Shown piece after piece: positions 27,706-36,761 of a stretch of 48,703 nucleotides of DNA; the stretch's first letter is position 1; every line of letters starts with the position of its first letter. This DNA is from a virus. Taxonomy: Duplodnaviria > Caudoviricetes. The translations under genes and the position numbers were made by a program. The notes beneath the pieces are model-generated. The model did not search any database and had not been told where the DNA came from. It worked only from the letters and a program-made list of their open reading frames with translations. The DNA is taken from positions 1 through 48,703 of IMG/VR virus record IMGVR_UViG_3300048858_000146. The stretch is one strand, 5' to 3'.

Positions 27706-27925
27706 CTTCTCTCCAGGAATAAAAAAGGCCGTGAGGGCGGCCAATCGGGAGCGAGCACGAAAGAGTCCCTCACGGTTGTGCATCACCGGAGCGAGAGGCA
27801 TGGAGGGCACTGGGAAATGGTGGTTATTAAAAAAATTTCGTATTTACCGCTAATCGCAAGAGAGACATATCAGCGGCACGGGCTCTGCAGGAGAAAATGC
27901 CCGGCTCCTACCGGGCATAATTCCA

Positions 27926-28249
27926 TCAAAGGAAATCGTAGGTAATGCAGGCCACCACAGAGCCGGAACCAGCACCGAAGGACCACAAACCATAGCCAGG
28001 TGGCAACAGGATCGGATACTGGAGTTGGTGCGGCAGTCCTGCGTCTGCGATCGCTACAAGTACGTTGGTCACGCTCTCAATGAAGCTCGACACGGTAGGT
28101 CCTGTGGTCACCCTCGACCCAGCCGATCCAACGAACATCCCGGTACGAATGACCACACCGGCCACGTTTTTTTTCGGATCAATGATAAGACGGGGGCCAC
28201 CAACTTGGTTGCCATTATAAGAGTTGGCGCCTACTTGTACTGGTTCCAT
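27926..28249 (-). CDS. Hypothetical protein downstream of com
   Basis: MEPVQVGANSYNG...; AGGTG RBS overlapping the com stop. Confidence 0.6.
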   Translation of the reverse strand: MEPVQVGANSYNGNQVGGPRLIIDPKKNVAGVVIRTGMFVGSAGSRVTTGPTVSSFIESVTNVLVAIADAGLPHQLQYPILLPPGYGLWSFGAGSGSVVACITYDFL

Positions 28250-28257
28250 TTTTTCAC

Positions 28258-28443
28258 CTATTGAGTCGAATGATCTGTCGCGGAGAATTCCGCTTGCATG
28301 TCGCTCAAAGGCGATAGCTCGAGGCTCGGGGCCTTCACATGATTCAACGTCCCGCATCGGGTACATTTGATCTGGAGCTCGGTTTTCTCGCCTATGCGGG
28401 CAAGAAGTCTTTTGCACTGTCCACATCTGAAGTCTTTCAACAT
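28258..28443 (-). CDS. com: Com-family zinc-finger regulator (Mu Com-like)
   Basis: FRCGQCKRLLAR...LQIKCTRCGTLN. Confidence 0.88.
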   Translation of the reverse strand: MLKDFRCGQCKRLLARIGEKTELQIKCTRCGTLNHVKAPSLELSPLSDMQAEFSATDHSTQ

Positions 28444-28464
28444 CTGCAAAGCCTTATTGATTTC

Positions 28465-28585
28465 TGCTAGGCTCCGCCCCGCTCGCGCGAGCAGTGAGGG
28501 CCTTGGCTGGCTTGCAGGCTACTTCTGCGATCTGGTGGCTCCCTTGGGTGTTGCTGCACCCGCTGGAGCCGCCCTCTCTTTTTTT
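28465..28585 (+). ncRNA. Putative cis-antisense sRNA opposite com leader
   Basis: Extended -10 TG-C-TAGGCT at 28465-28473; long terminator hairpin 28534-28573 plus T7. Confidence 0.45.
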
Positions 28586-28592
28586 GTGCAAC

Positions 28593-28664
28593 AAAAAAGC
28601 CCCGATCAATGTCGGGGCTTTGTCGTTTTCAAGGCATAAAAAAACCCGCTCAATGGCGGGTTTT
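28593..28664 (-). terminator. Two tandem intrinsic terminators (tR'-like) after the late promoter
   Basis: AAACCCGC-CATTGA-GCGGGTTT+T and AAAGCCCCGA-CATTGA-TCGGGGCTTT+T. Confidence 0.8.
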
Positions 28665-28705
28665 CTGGAGCAGATTGCCGTAGGCAAAATACTCAATGTG
28701 GCAAA

Positions 28706-28734
28706 ATGATGCCGCCAGCCGTGCGGGAAGTCAA
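28706..28734 (-). promoter_or_regulatory. Putative late promoter pR'
   Basis: TTGACT (overlapping the Q-like stop)-17-CATCAT, followed by terminators. Confidence 0.5.
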
Positions 28735-29312
28735 GCGGCTTCTTTCATCTGATAAATCACCGCGCCAATAGGGCTCAGCGCCATGCGATCCAGGTCCTGG
28801 CAGCAGTCGAATGCGAGCTGAATTACCGGTTCCCAGTCCCGCGCCCAAGCGCATGATTCCAGCCGGCAGCCGAACTCACCCCACAGCCATGAGCGGAACG
28901 CCTCGGGCCTGTTCAACGGATCTTCATTCGTCGACTGCCCGCCTTGGTGCATGTAGCGATATCGGCGCATCACGCCTTTCACCACATACTCGAGCTTCTC
29001 GCGCTTGGCTGCCGTCATGCGCTTGGACTTCGAGACAACCATGCCGAACACGACCTCTTCCGCTGCCTCGCAAATATCGTCGTTCCGGTTCGCTGCGTAC
29101 ATGTACTCGCCGAACACGCGGACCTGCGGGTGAAGTCGGGCGATTGCCGACTGGATGTGACCGGCCAGCGCACTGTGCATCGCATGGTTGGCGGTCGGGC
29201 CGCGCTCCGTGGTCTGCACCACCACGCCCAGCTGCACGACGTCAGAGGTCTGGCCAGGCGCTGGGTTGTAGGTGCAGTCATGCCAGGCTTGGCGTGCCGA
29301 ATTGATCTTCAT
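28731..29312 (-). CDS. Late-gene regulator (Q-position antiterminator/activator)
   Basis: Last early-right gene before the promoter+terminators and lysis genes; function inferred from position. Confidence 0.6.
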   Translation of the reverse strand: MKINSARQAWHDCTYNPAPGQTSDVVQLGVVVQTTERGPTANHAMHSALAGHIQSAIARLHPQVRVFGEYMYAANRNDDICEAAEEVVFGMVVSKSKRMTAAKREKLEYVVKGVMRRYRYMHQGGQSTNEDPLNRPEAFRSWLWGEFGCRLESCAWARDWEPVIQLAFDCCQDLDRMALSPIGAVIYQMKEAA

Positions 29313-29914
29313 GCTGCTTTCTCCTTCAGCTCGCGGGTCTTCGCCCTGTAATGCGCCGTGATGGCCTTCAAATCTTCAACGGTGTACTTCTTCACGGACT
29401 GGTCCGCTTCCAGCTCCTCGACCGCCTGCAGGCCGATACGGGCGATCAGTCCGACCCGGTAGTCCACTGCGTTCCCGGATAGAAACCGGTTGTCCTGTTT
29501 GCTCTGTGCGTGACAGTTGCGCTCATCGAACCTGAGGTGCGGTGCGGCACCGACGCTGCGATAGTGGCCGGCATCTGTCTGGTTGCCGGTCCAGTCCAGT
29601 GGCCGCCCGCTGGAAATGCACGGATGGCCGGCGGCCTGGTCCCGGGCACGGATGAACTGGTTGAACGCGATCTGAGCATCACGCAGATGCTCTCCCCTGC
29701 TCTTCAGTTTCTCCTTGCGCACCTTGATCTCGCGGCGCTCGACGTCAGCCAGTGCCTTGCTGGCCTTCTGCTGATGCCTTGGCGCATCGAGGATCGCGCA
29801 GGCCGGACTGCATACAGCCTGACCGAGGCGCTGCGGTACGAACGGTGCAAGACATTCCGGCACCCGGCACCGTTTCTCCTTCGGGGTCTTCACAGCCTTT
29901 ACTGCTTGGCGCAT
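29309..29914 (-). CDS. ninG: NinG/Rap recombination endonuclease
   Basis: C..C..CSPACA; AQIAFNQFIRARD..PCISSG..DAGHYRSVGAAPHLRFDERNCHAQ. Confidence 0.92.
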   Translation of the reverse strand: MRQAVKAVKTPKEKRCRVPECLAPFVPQRLGQAVCSPACAILDAPRHQQKASKALADVERREIKVRKEKLKSRGEHLRDAQIAFNQFIRARDQAAGHPCISSGRPLDWTGNQTDAGHYRSVGAAPHLRFDERNCHAQSKQDNRFLSGNAVDYRVGLIARIGLQAVEELEADQSVKKYTVEDLKAITAHYRAKTRELKEKAA

Positions 29915-30015
29915 TACGACTGCCCCCATTGGAATTGGAGGCATAGCTCTGGTTGTTGGTAGGCCTGAGCCATGAAGGTGGTGAAGCGGTTGGCGGTCCT
30001 GATGAGGGCCTTCAT
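29914..30015 (-). CDS. 33-aa nin-region peptide (missed by ORF track)
   Basis: MKALIRTANRFTTFMAQAYQQPELCLQFQWGQS; ATGA and TAATG coupling on both sides. Confidence 0.5.
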   Translation of the reverse strand: MKALIRTANRFTTFMAQAYQQPELCLQFQWGQS

Positions 30016-30482
30016 GCTGCGGCCTCCCCGAGTAAGTCGCTGAACACCACACCGGCCGCCGAGAACTCAGCCACGATGCGGTCTGTGTACGCGATGCCCT
30101 GGGCGCGATTGAACAGCCGCGTCACCGGGAACCCGTCCGGACCGAACAGCTTGCACGCGCCCATCAGGTCGAGCTTTTCCTCGTAGGACAGGTGCTTCAT
30201 GGTGCGGAACCAGCTCGCATTGAAGTCCACGTCTTCTGCGTTGAGGATCGCCACGCCGTGATGCAGCTTGCAGTACCGGCGCGCATCCTCGACGTCGCCG
30301 ATCTGCGTCATTTCTGCGATGCGCTGGTACAGCGCGAACCACAGCGCATTTTGGTCCAGCGTGCGGTCCTTGCCGGGGCGCAGCGACACGACGACATACT
30401 TCTTGTCGCGGAACATCGCCGTCAGGCTGGTGATCGCCTGGGTGAGCTTGGCCTGGCTGTTAACACTGATCTTGGCCGCCAT
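30012..30482 (-). CDS. ninB: NinB/Orf-like protein
   Basis: KDRTLDQNALWFALYQRIAE motif; nin position. Confidence 0.72.
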   Translation of the reverse strand: MAAKISVNSQAKLTQAITSLTAMFRDKKYVVVSLRPGKDRTLDQNALWFALYQRIAEMTQIGDVEDARRYCKLHHGVAILNAEDVDFNASWFRTMKHLSYEEKLDLMGACKLFGPDGFPVTRLFNRAQGIAYTDRIVAEFSAAGVVFSDLLGEAAA

Positions 30483-31078
30483 TAGCGAACGCCTCCGTGG
30501 TTTTCATGAAACCCCAAGCGCCGCTCAGCCGCCTTTCTCAAGCAACATGCCTCAAAGAAGCTGCTGGTATATCCAAGGTGCTTGTTTTGAATCTTGACCA
30601 GCCAGACGCCGCGGCGCTTGAACCACGAAACGCCCATCAAGCCCGTTCGGTTGTCTGCACGAAGTTTCTGGTTTTTCATATTTTCCTGATGGGTGACAGG
30701 CCGGAGATTCGCCTGCCCATTGCTCTGATAGCCCCCATCTACGTGGTCGATCTCGGGCGGCAGGCAGCCATCGCGAAGCAGCCAGATCACGCGATGAGCC
30801 AACAAAAGACGACTGAAGACCTTGACCTGCAAATAGCCTTTGCTATCCGTGGATCCCGCTTTGCGCCCGGCGTGCTTCGCGTTCCAGGAGTTAGCAATGC
30901 GCGCGCTCGCGAAATGGCACGCCGGGCGCCTCTTCCAGATCAGAAAGTCATCACTAATCTCGAAACACTGCCTGAGGACCTCGATGTCATGGGCGCTGGG
31001 CGAGCTGAAGTCCGTGCCGTGCAGGAAACCCATGACGCGGGCGATGTCGCCGGTTGACCGTAGGGCGAACTCAGTCAT
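30482..31078 (-). CDS. HNH homing endonuclease (HNH + AP2-like DNA-binding tail)
   Basis: AHRVIW..IDHVDG...N...NLRPVTHQEN..N; GLMGVSW..HLGY. Confidence 0.88.
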   Translation of the reverse strand: MTEFALRSTGDIARVMGFLHGTDFSSPSAHDIEVLRQCFEISDDFLIWKRRPACHFASARIANSWNAKHAGRKAGSTDSKGYLQVKVFSRLLLAHRVIWLLRDGCLPPEIDHVDGGYQSNGQANLRPVTHQENMKNQKLRADNRTGLMGVSWFKRRGVWLVKIQNKHLGYTSSFFEACCLRKAAERRLGFHENHGGVR

Positions 31079-31338
31079 GGTTTCACCTTCAGGCCAGCGG
31101 CTTCGATGGCAGCACGAACTTCGCCGGACTCCATGCACGGGCCCCAATCGTGATCAGGGTGGAATGCTTCTGGCAGCTCAATCACCAGCGCCGCGCGCGA
31201 GGCCTGCCAGCCAATCCACGCGCCTTGCACCCAGTCTTCTCGGTACTGAAGGTCGCCATCTTCATCGACGAATTTTTCCCTGCTCCACGCAGGAATGAGC
31301 CACGCCTCGAACTCTTCCCGCATCTTGTCGTTGCTCAT
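31075..31338 (-). CDS. Hypothetical phage protein
   Basis: MREEFEAW...AWIGWQASRAALVIELP; coupled overlaps. Confidence 0.7.
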   Translation of the reverse strand: MSNDKMREEFEAWLIPAWSREKFVDEDGDLQYREDWVQGAWIGWQASRAALVIELPEAFHPDHDWGPCMESGEVRAAIEAAGLKVKP

Positions 31339-32006
31339 TGCGCAGCTCCCTTGCCCATGTGTGATTGACGACCCCGGCGAAGCTCGGCCAGCGCCTTGTT
31401 TCCGATTTCAGGCGTCATACGCCCGTCGACTCGGCTGGGCAGCGCGAGCGGGATGTTGCGCAGCGGCTTGCCCTCCAGGATCAGTCGGATCGTGATTTCG
31501 TAGTTGCGGTCGAAAAGCTTGCGGCTGGCGTCGGCAGGCAACCGGCTGAGCGCGTGGAAGCCAGACTGCGACGCAGCGTGGTACACGGCTTGGTGAGACC
31601 ACTTGCGGCTGCCGACCATGCTCGGGTGAGCGTTTGTCACTGCTTCGGCGTAGGCAGCGTCGTGGGACGGTATGCCGAGCATTTCAGGCGTTGGCTGGCA
31701 CATGGCAATGAACTCACCAGCACTCGGCGCGAAAGGCCTCTGCAGCGCGCGGCAGGCCTCGATGCCGAAACGGATCTGCTCGATCTGGTTGATGCCCTGA
31801 GCCATGAACGCTTTGATCCAGCTGCGCTTGGCGGCTTTGAGCGTGTCGTCGTCCGGCCACGCCTGTTTCCACGCAGGGAAGATGGCCCGTAGCTCGCGAA
31901 ACAGCGCGTTCACCACTTCGCCTGTCCCGGCGTCGATCTTGCGCGGGGCAGCCTCCACGGCAGGCAGGTTGCTCATGTTCGCCATAAGGTCGTTGACGGG
32001 TTTCAT
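31335..32006 (-). CDS. Replication protein P-like (helicase loader)
   Basis: VNALFRELRAIFPAW..AKRSWIKAF..GI...PFAPSAGEFIAMC. Confidence 0.85.
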   Translation of the reverse strand: MKPVNDLMANMSNLPAVEAAPRKIDAGTGEVVNALFRELRAIFPAWKQAWPDDDTLKAAKRSWIKAFMAQGINQIEQIRFGIEACRALQRPFAPSAGEFIAMCQPTPEMLGIPSHDAAYAEAVTNAHPSMVGSRKWSHQAVYHAASQSGFHALSRLPADASRKLFDRNYEITIRLILEGKPLRNIPLALPSRVDGRMTPEIGNKALAELRRGRQSHMGKGAAQ

Positions 32007-32764
32007 CAGAGCGCTCCAAGGTCGTGAGACCAGGATGTGTCGTCAAAGTCTGGGCCGTTGGCCTGGCGGATAGGGAACGGTCGCACATTCGATCCGGCCA
32101 CGGTCGCGCAGTCGCGTTTTACCCACTTCACCAACAGGCTTGCCCAAGCTTGAGGCGTTTCGAAGCGGCCAGATGCGGCGTAGTGACAGACAAACGCGCC
32201 GATGGCCTCATGGGTGAACAGGGACGTAGCCAAACCCATGCGTGTGGCGTATGCGGCCAGGACGCGGTTGTCAGGCGCCCAGTCCAGGGTCATTTCACAC
32301 GGGGCTTTTGGGTCCAGCGAATTTTCAACGCCCTCGCGTAGTGTGTTGTGTTGATCTTTATCTTCTCTTCTCTTCTCTTCTCTAGGTAACGCACTAGTAA
32401 CGCTGGCAGCGTTACCTTTGGTCTTGTGAGAAGCGACACGTTTAGCCGTGAGAGCCCGGTTCTTGGCCGTCTTGCCGTTGTGCCGGTCGAAGTGCGGCAG
32501 GCTGATGAAGCCCTCTTCCTCATTCATCCAACCTACGGATTTCATGAAATCGCAGAAGCCGGTAACGCCTACGGAACGGTCTAGAAACTTTTTGCTAACG
32601 CTCGGAGCGTTACCACTTTCGGTCTGTTGGTCGAACCATCCCCATACGCGCATCAGTTTTCCCACCACGGCATCGGGATCTAAGCCGGCCAGGTCCGCCA
32701 GTTGGCACACCTCCGGCTTATCCATCGTAGTGAGTTCGAATTTGATCCAGTCGCCAGCCATCAC
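32006..32764 (-). CDS. Replication initiator O-like with DnaT-like C-terminal domain
   Basis: MAGDWIK..DKPEV..VVGKLMRVWGWFD; EEKRRE linker; upstream of P. Confidence 0.82.
   Translation of the reverse strand: MMAGDWIKFELTTMDKPEVCQLADLAGLDPDAVVGKLMRVWGWFDQQTESGNAPSVSKKFLDRSVGVTGFCDFMKSVGWMNEEEGFISLPHFDRHNGKTAKNRALTAKRVASHKTKGNAASVTSALPREEKRREDKDQHNTLREGVENSLDPKAPCEMTLDWAPDNRVLAAYATRMGLATSLFTHEAIGAFVCHYAASGRFETPQAWASLLVKWVKRDCATVAGSNVRPFPIRQANGPDFDDTSWSHDLGAL
32371..32614. repeat. Putative replication origin: (G/C)TAACGC iteron-like repeats plus pyrimidine tract
   Basis: Several GTAACGC/GCGTTAC copies (~32396-32416, ~32562, ~32595-32614) and (TCTTC)n at 32371-32392 within O. Confidence 0.55.
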
Positions 32765-33555
32765 GCGACCCCCTTAAGTGCTTTGTCGTGGGTGTGAAGG
32801 CCGTTCCAGTTCTTTTTCATGGGCAGCTCGCCTGCCAGATAGAGCTCGTACAGGCGAACAGCGCCTTTGCGCAGCAGGACTGGCGTATAGGAGATAAAGG
32901 GGTCTTTGCCGTGGGGCGTGACTTCGTGCTGGTGCTCAGTCATGTACTTGTCGGGGGCGTACGAAGCCACACGCCAGCGCAGACCGGTCTTGCTCTCGTT
33001 GTAGAGCCAGTTCCGGCCTTCCAGGTAGTTGCCGATCTGCATGACGTTGACGCCGTTCAGGCCTTTGCAGAACTGAGGCGCGCTCATGCCTTCCTTGAAC
33101 AGGTTTTCAAGTTGCTCGATCTTCGCGGCTTGGGCTTCCACCTGAAAGGTCAGTAGCACGCGGGCCTTCTCGGATTCGAGGGCCATCTGGAGGATTTCGA
33201 GAGTGCTGAGCTGCGGCGGCTGCCCGGCTTGAGCCTCCAGTTCGCGCCAACGCTTGATGACGGCCATGCGCATTGCTGCGCTGTAGCCGGTCAGGAGGCA
33301 GTCGGTGTGTTCGCGGTCCAGCAGATACTCTGTCTGTTGGCGGTTCATCCCATCGAAATAGATGCGAGCAAACATGCTCACATCTTCGCCGAGGTCGCGG
33401 GCCATGGTTTGAATGTCGCGCTTCACGTCGGGATGACGCTTGCCGGTCAGATCGGCGATCTCACGCGAGGACATCGTGCGCGCCACGTTTTCGTGGTTCG
33501 CATTTTGTGGCGCGGGCCGGTTCAGGGCCTGTACATCATTGTTCAAGGTATGCAT
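32761..33555 (-). CDS. Rha-family regulator with C-terminal antirepressor-like domain
   Basis: TMSSREIADLTGKRHPDVKRDI..LLTGYS..R..VIKRW.ELE. Confidence 0.85.
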   Translation of the reverse strand: MHTLNNDVQALNRPAPQNANHENVARTMSSREIADLTGKRHPDVKRDIQTMARDLGEDVSMFARIYFDGMNRQQTEYLLDREHTDCLLTGYSAAMRMAVIKRWRELEAQAGQPPQLSTLEILQMALESEKARVLLTFQVEAQAAKIEQLENLFKEGMSAPQFCKGLNGVNVMQIGNYLEGRNWLYNESKTGLRWRVASYAPDKYMTEHQHEVTPHGKDPFISYTPVLLRKGAVRLYELYLAGELPMKKNWNGLHTHDKALKGVA

Positions 33556-33620
33556 AATCGGCCTCAGAGATGACTTACTCCTGCAGTGCTGAAGAAGCCC
33601 GGTTGCCGCCGGGCTTTTTT
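33530..33620 (+). ncRNA. Putative oop/sar-like antisense RNA at rha leader
   Basis: TGTACA-17-CATAAT (33530-33558); terminator AAGCCCGG/CCGGGCTT+T run ending ~33620. Confidence 0.45.
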
Positions 33621-33643
33621 GTGCCTGCAATTTGGTGGTCAAG

Positions 33644-33892
33644 CTATTCAAGGGCTTCATCAGTCCCTCCCCCTCCCTTTTCAGGGACTCCCGAGTCCCT
33701 TGCGGGCTCTCGTCTTGCTACTGGCAGATGCCGGATCTTCCCGGCACCTTTTGGCCTGGTCTTTTCGAAGATGCGTTCGCTTCCAAGCTTTGCGGCGTAC
33801 TGACCTGGCGTCATTCCTGCTGCCTTTGCCAACCGTTCAAGCTTTTCGTAGAGCCGCCTCTCGATGCCGTGGCATATCGTGGTTTCAGGCAC
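33644..33892 (-). CDS. Hypothetical (RHH-like) early protein
   Basis: GTG start with GGAGG RBS; LYEKLERLAKAAGMTP. Confidence 0.6.
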   Translation of the reverse strand: MPETTICHGIERRLYEKLERLAKAAGMTPGQYAAKLGSERIFEKTRPKGAGKIRHLPVARREPARDSGVPEKGGGGTDEALE

Positions 33893-33912
33893 TGCGGGCC
33901 TCCTTCCGGACT

Positions 33913-34104
33913 TCAAGCCGATTGCTGGGTAACGCTAAGATCTTGCTCAACGATGCTTTCCAGTTTTTCTTCCACGCACATCCGCACAAACACAGCCAGT
34001 TGCAGCTTGTGCAGGCGCGCTACGGCCTTGAGCGCTTCATAGGTCTCGTCGTCATACCGAGACTTGATCTCGCGGTCCTTCAGGTGGCGAGGTTCGTCGT
34101 ACAT
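33913..34104 (-). CDS. RHH-like regulator in cII position
   Basis: EIKSRYDDETYEALKAVA...AVFVRMCVEEKL; AGGAG RBS. Confidence 0.65.
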   Translation of the reverse strand: MYDEPRHLKDREIKSRYDDETYEALKAVARLHKLQLAVFVRMCVEEKLESIVEQDLSVTQQSA

Positions 34105-34133
34105 TTGTTGCTCCTGTTGCGGTTGAAGTGGGT

Positions 34134-34373
34134 TTAAGCAGCGGACTTTTTCGGATGCGCTTCAGCGAGAAGCCAGGACGCCTCAAACGGCTTCCCATTT
34201 GCTGCGGCCAAAGCAGAAATTCGCTCGGCATAACGCGTTTCGCCTGTGTATTCCGTGCGCGGCAGGCATTCGGCAGTCAGCCATTTGTAAACAGCTCGCG
34301 GAGTTTTTCCGCACGCCAGGGCAACCACCGGAACGCCGCCGGCGTCATCAATCGATTTCTTAAGCGGGCTCAT
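34134..34373 (-). CDS. cro: Cro-like HTH repressor
   Basis: AGGV..VALACGKTPRAVYKWL; divergent from cI; GGAGG RBS. Confidence 0.85.
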   Translation of the reverse strand: MSPLKKSIDDAGGVPVVALACGKTPRAVYKWLTAECLPRTEYTGETRYAERISALAAANGKPFEASWLLAEAHPKKSAA

Positions 34374-34392
34374 GTGGCCTCCGGGTCAAATA

Positions 34393-34464
34393 TGAACTTG
34401 CAGTACATATTATGTCGGAACTGAAAGTACATGCAAGGGCATGCGATATTGAACCTATGGTTCA
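34393..34464. promoter_or_regulatory. OR operator triplet, consensus TG(A/T)AC-N5-GT(A/T)CA
   Basis: TGAACttgcaGTACA at 34393-34407, GGAACtgaaaGTACA at 34417-34431, TGAACctatgGTTCA at 34450-34464. Confidence 0.8.
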
Positions 34465-35329
34465 GATCGAAGAAATTCGCGCAGCATTCGTTTCGCGCCT
34501 CAAGAAATCCTTGGCCGCCCACGGCATTGATCAGTGGGGAGCAGGCGCTCGCCTTGCTGAAATAGCCAAGGTCACACCGAAAGCGTCGAGCAAGTGGCTC
34601 AATGGCGAGTCGATGCCTGGCCCTGCGAAAATGCAGTCCATTGCCGATGCGCTCCAGGTCAAAGTCGAATGGCTGCAACACGGCGCAGGGGAAGGCCCCG
34701 CTTTATTACACATGGCCGATACAGCCCAGAAAAGCGCCGAGGCCTCCGCGTCCGATCTCGTCCGCGAGATGCTCGCTCGGCAGGGTAAGGCGCTGTCTGA
34801 AGCAGCGCGCACACGATTGCTTGCCGCTGCGGAAGAAGCCGACAGCCCGGTAGAGCTCGAACAAAGCTACCTGCCATCGACCTATTCCAATCTCCGCCCG
34901 AGAAAAGAGGAGATTTTAATTCCTCAGTACGACGTTCGCGGTGCGATGGGGCACGGCCAGGTCCCTGCCGACTACAACGAGGCAGTGCGCAATCTTGTTG
35001 TGCGCGAGGAGCTGCTACGCGAGAAAGGCGTTTCGTACACCTCCCCGACTGCCCTGGCTATGATCACCGGCTGGGGTCAAAGCATGGAGGGGACGATCAA
35101 CGACAAGGACTTGGTGATCGTGGATCGCGGGATCAACGAGTTTATCGGCGAGGGTATATACGTAGTGACTTGGCATCAGGAGCTATACATCAAGCGTATT
35201 CAGCGCTTGGATGAGGATCACTACCGGCTGATCTCAGACAACCAGCATTACGAAAACCAGACGGCGCGGGTCGATGACGTGACGATCCATGCAAAGGTGC
35301 TTTTCATCTGGAATGGGCGAAAGGCTTGA
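34457..35329 (+). CDS. cI: CI repressor (HTH + S24 autopeptidase)
   Basis: N-terminal HTH (LAEIAKVTPKASSKWLNGESMP); GQSMEGTI..D and YIKR catalytic Ser/Lys. Confidence 0.95.
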   Translation: MVQIEEIRAAFVSRLKKSLAAHGIDQWGAGARLAEIAKVTPKASSKWLNGESMPGPAKMQSIADALQVKVEWLQHGAGEGPALLHMADTAQKSAEASASDLVREMLARQGKALSEAARTRLLAAAEEADSPVELEQSYLPSTYSNLRPRKEEILIPQYDVRGAMGHGQVPADYNEAVRNLVVREELLREKGVSYTSPTALAMITGWGQSMEGTINDKDLVIVDRGINEFIGEGIYVVTWHQELYIKRIQRLDEDHYRLISDNQHYENQTARVDDVTIHAKVLFIWNGRKA

Positions 35330-35612
35330 GTCCGGCATGGCGTGCCCGCCGGAAGCTGTTAGGTACGGTCACAAGCGCTCACTATATCTTTCAGCACCTT
35401 TATGCCGTTGATGGGTCTCAGTTACGCTGGCGTCCCCTTACCTTAGGCTCAGGGAGATTCGTCAACGGGAAAAGTGTCGGTCGTTGGGCAAAGCTGCTCC
35501 GTCAATCACAGCAACGCATACGCGACGTCCCTTGTCTGATAGTGCGTAGGTGTGACCCTCTTAGCGTCGTGACTATCAGATTATCGATGCCACTGTTGTC
35601 TCGTTTTGACGA

Positions 35613-36761
35613 ATGCAAGGAAAGCTAGTGAAAAAGATCCTACAGATTAGTGAGCCAGCGTCGAAACGCGCTGCGCAGAAGCGTTTCGACAGGTCCATCC
35701 GGACACGGGAGCGTGATGGCAAGTGGAAATCAAACCGAAAGCGCAAAATCGTGGTTGACAACCGGGGGCTGGTCGACGCGCCGGTTAAACTGGACCTATA
35801 CAGCCCTAAAAATCACCGCGCATTCGTCATGTTCCTACAGAATATCGTTCAAACCGTGAGGACGAACGACAAGACTTTTATCAATCTGAGACACTGCACC
35901 AGGATAACCGCTGCAGCTGGCCTACTCTTGGTTGCGGAGGTAGATCGATTAAAGAAAGCATTTCCTCTGAAGTCGATAAAGTGCATCAATCCTGAGACAC
36001 CCAAAAACGGGCCCGGGAAGTCGGACGCTAATCTGGTGGAAAGCGCACTTAATCAGATAGGCTTCTACAAAATAATTGGGCAAGAGAATAATAAGATTGC
36101 CAGCGCAGGCTCGGTAAAAAAATGGCGGCAATTGTCCGGAGCTTCCGCTGACGGAACACTAGCAAGTTCGCTCCTGCAGACGTTGAGCACAGAGGTCTCG
36201 CCTCAAGTACTTAAGAAACTGTACCGTGGAGCTATTGAGGCGATAGCTAACTGTGTTGAGCATGCTTACCCGACTGCTCGGCAAGATGGGCTAAATATTG
36301 ACGATCCCCGCTGGTGGATGCTGGTTGGCAGAGATGAGGCACACCTAACTATAATAGTCTGCGATCTAGGCGTCGGAATACCTAGCACATTACCGACCAA
36401 GCACGAGGCGTCTTTCTTGAGCAGTCTTAAGACTTTGCTCGGAGTCACAGGAAGTACCGATTCAGAAATGATTCGTATATCAACTCACATCAAAGAAACC
36501 CGCACCAAACTAAGCAACAGGGGAAAAGGAGGAAAAGATTTCAGAAGCATGCCAGCGAATTTTCCATCCTCTTATCTTGCGATAAGAAGCAACAAAGGGG
36601 CCTTTTTCATCACGGGTAAGGAGCATGCGCCTTTCAAAGGAGTGTCTTCCAGAAAGTACGTACCGGGCACCGATAGATCAGAATCGATGATAGAGCACGA
36701 AAACTCTATCCGTGGTACGCTAATCGAATGGGCGATTCCAATAAAGGACTTGCAAAAATGA
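35613..36761 (+). CDS. STAS-like + GHKL (HATPase_c) ATP-binding protein, anti-sigma-kinase-like
   Basis: INLRHCTRITAAAGLLL (STAS-like); N box EAIANCVEHAY, G1 CDLGVGIP, G2 NRGKGG, C-terminal GTLIEW. Confidence 0.78.
   Translation: MQGKLVKKILQISEPASKRAAQKRFDRSIRTRERDGKWKSNRKRKIVVDNRGLVDAPVKLDLYSPKNHRAFVMFLQNIVQTVRTNDKTFINLRHCTRITAAAGLLLVAEVDRLKKAFPLKSIKCINPETPKNGPGKSDANLVESALNQIGFYKIIGQENNKIASAGSVKKWRQLSGASADGTLASSLLQTLSTEVSPQVLKKLYRGAIEAIANCVEHAYPTARQDGLNIDDPRWWMLVGRDEAHLTIIVCDLGVGIPSTLPTKHEASFLSSLKTLLGVTGSTDSEMIRISTHIKETRTKLSNRGKGGKDFRSMPANFPSSYLAIRSNKGAFFITGKEHAPFKGVSSRKYVPGTDRSESMIEHENSIRGTLIEWAIPIKDLQK

Noticed and set aside
32371-32392. (TCTTC)n as a phase-variable repeat
   Set aside because: Encodes the common EEKRRE linker/origin tract of O-like initiators, and the frame is intact
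35326-35628. 100-aa ORF between cI and the kinase gene
   Set aside because: TTG start, no clear RBS or motif; more likely a promoter/intergenic region, though not excluded
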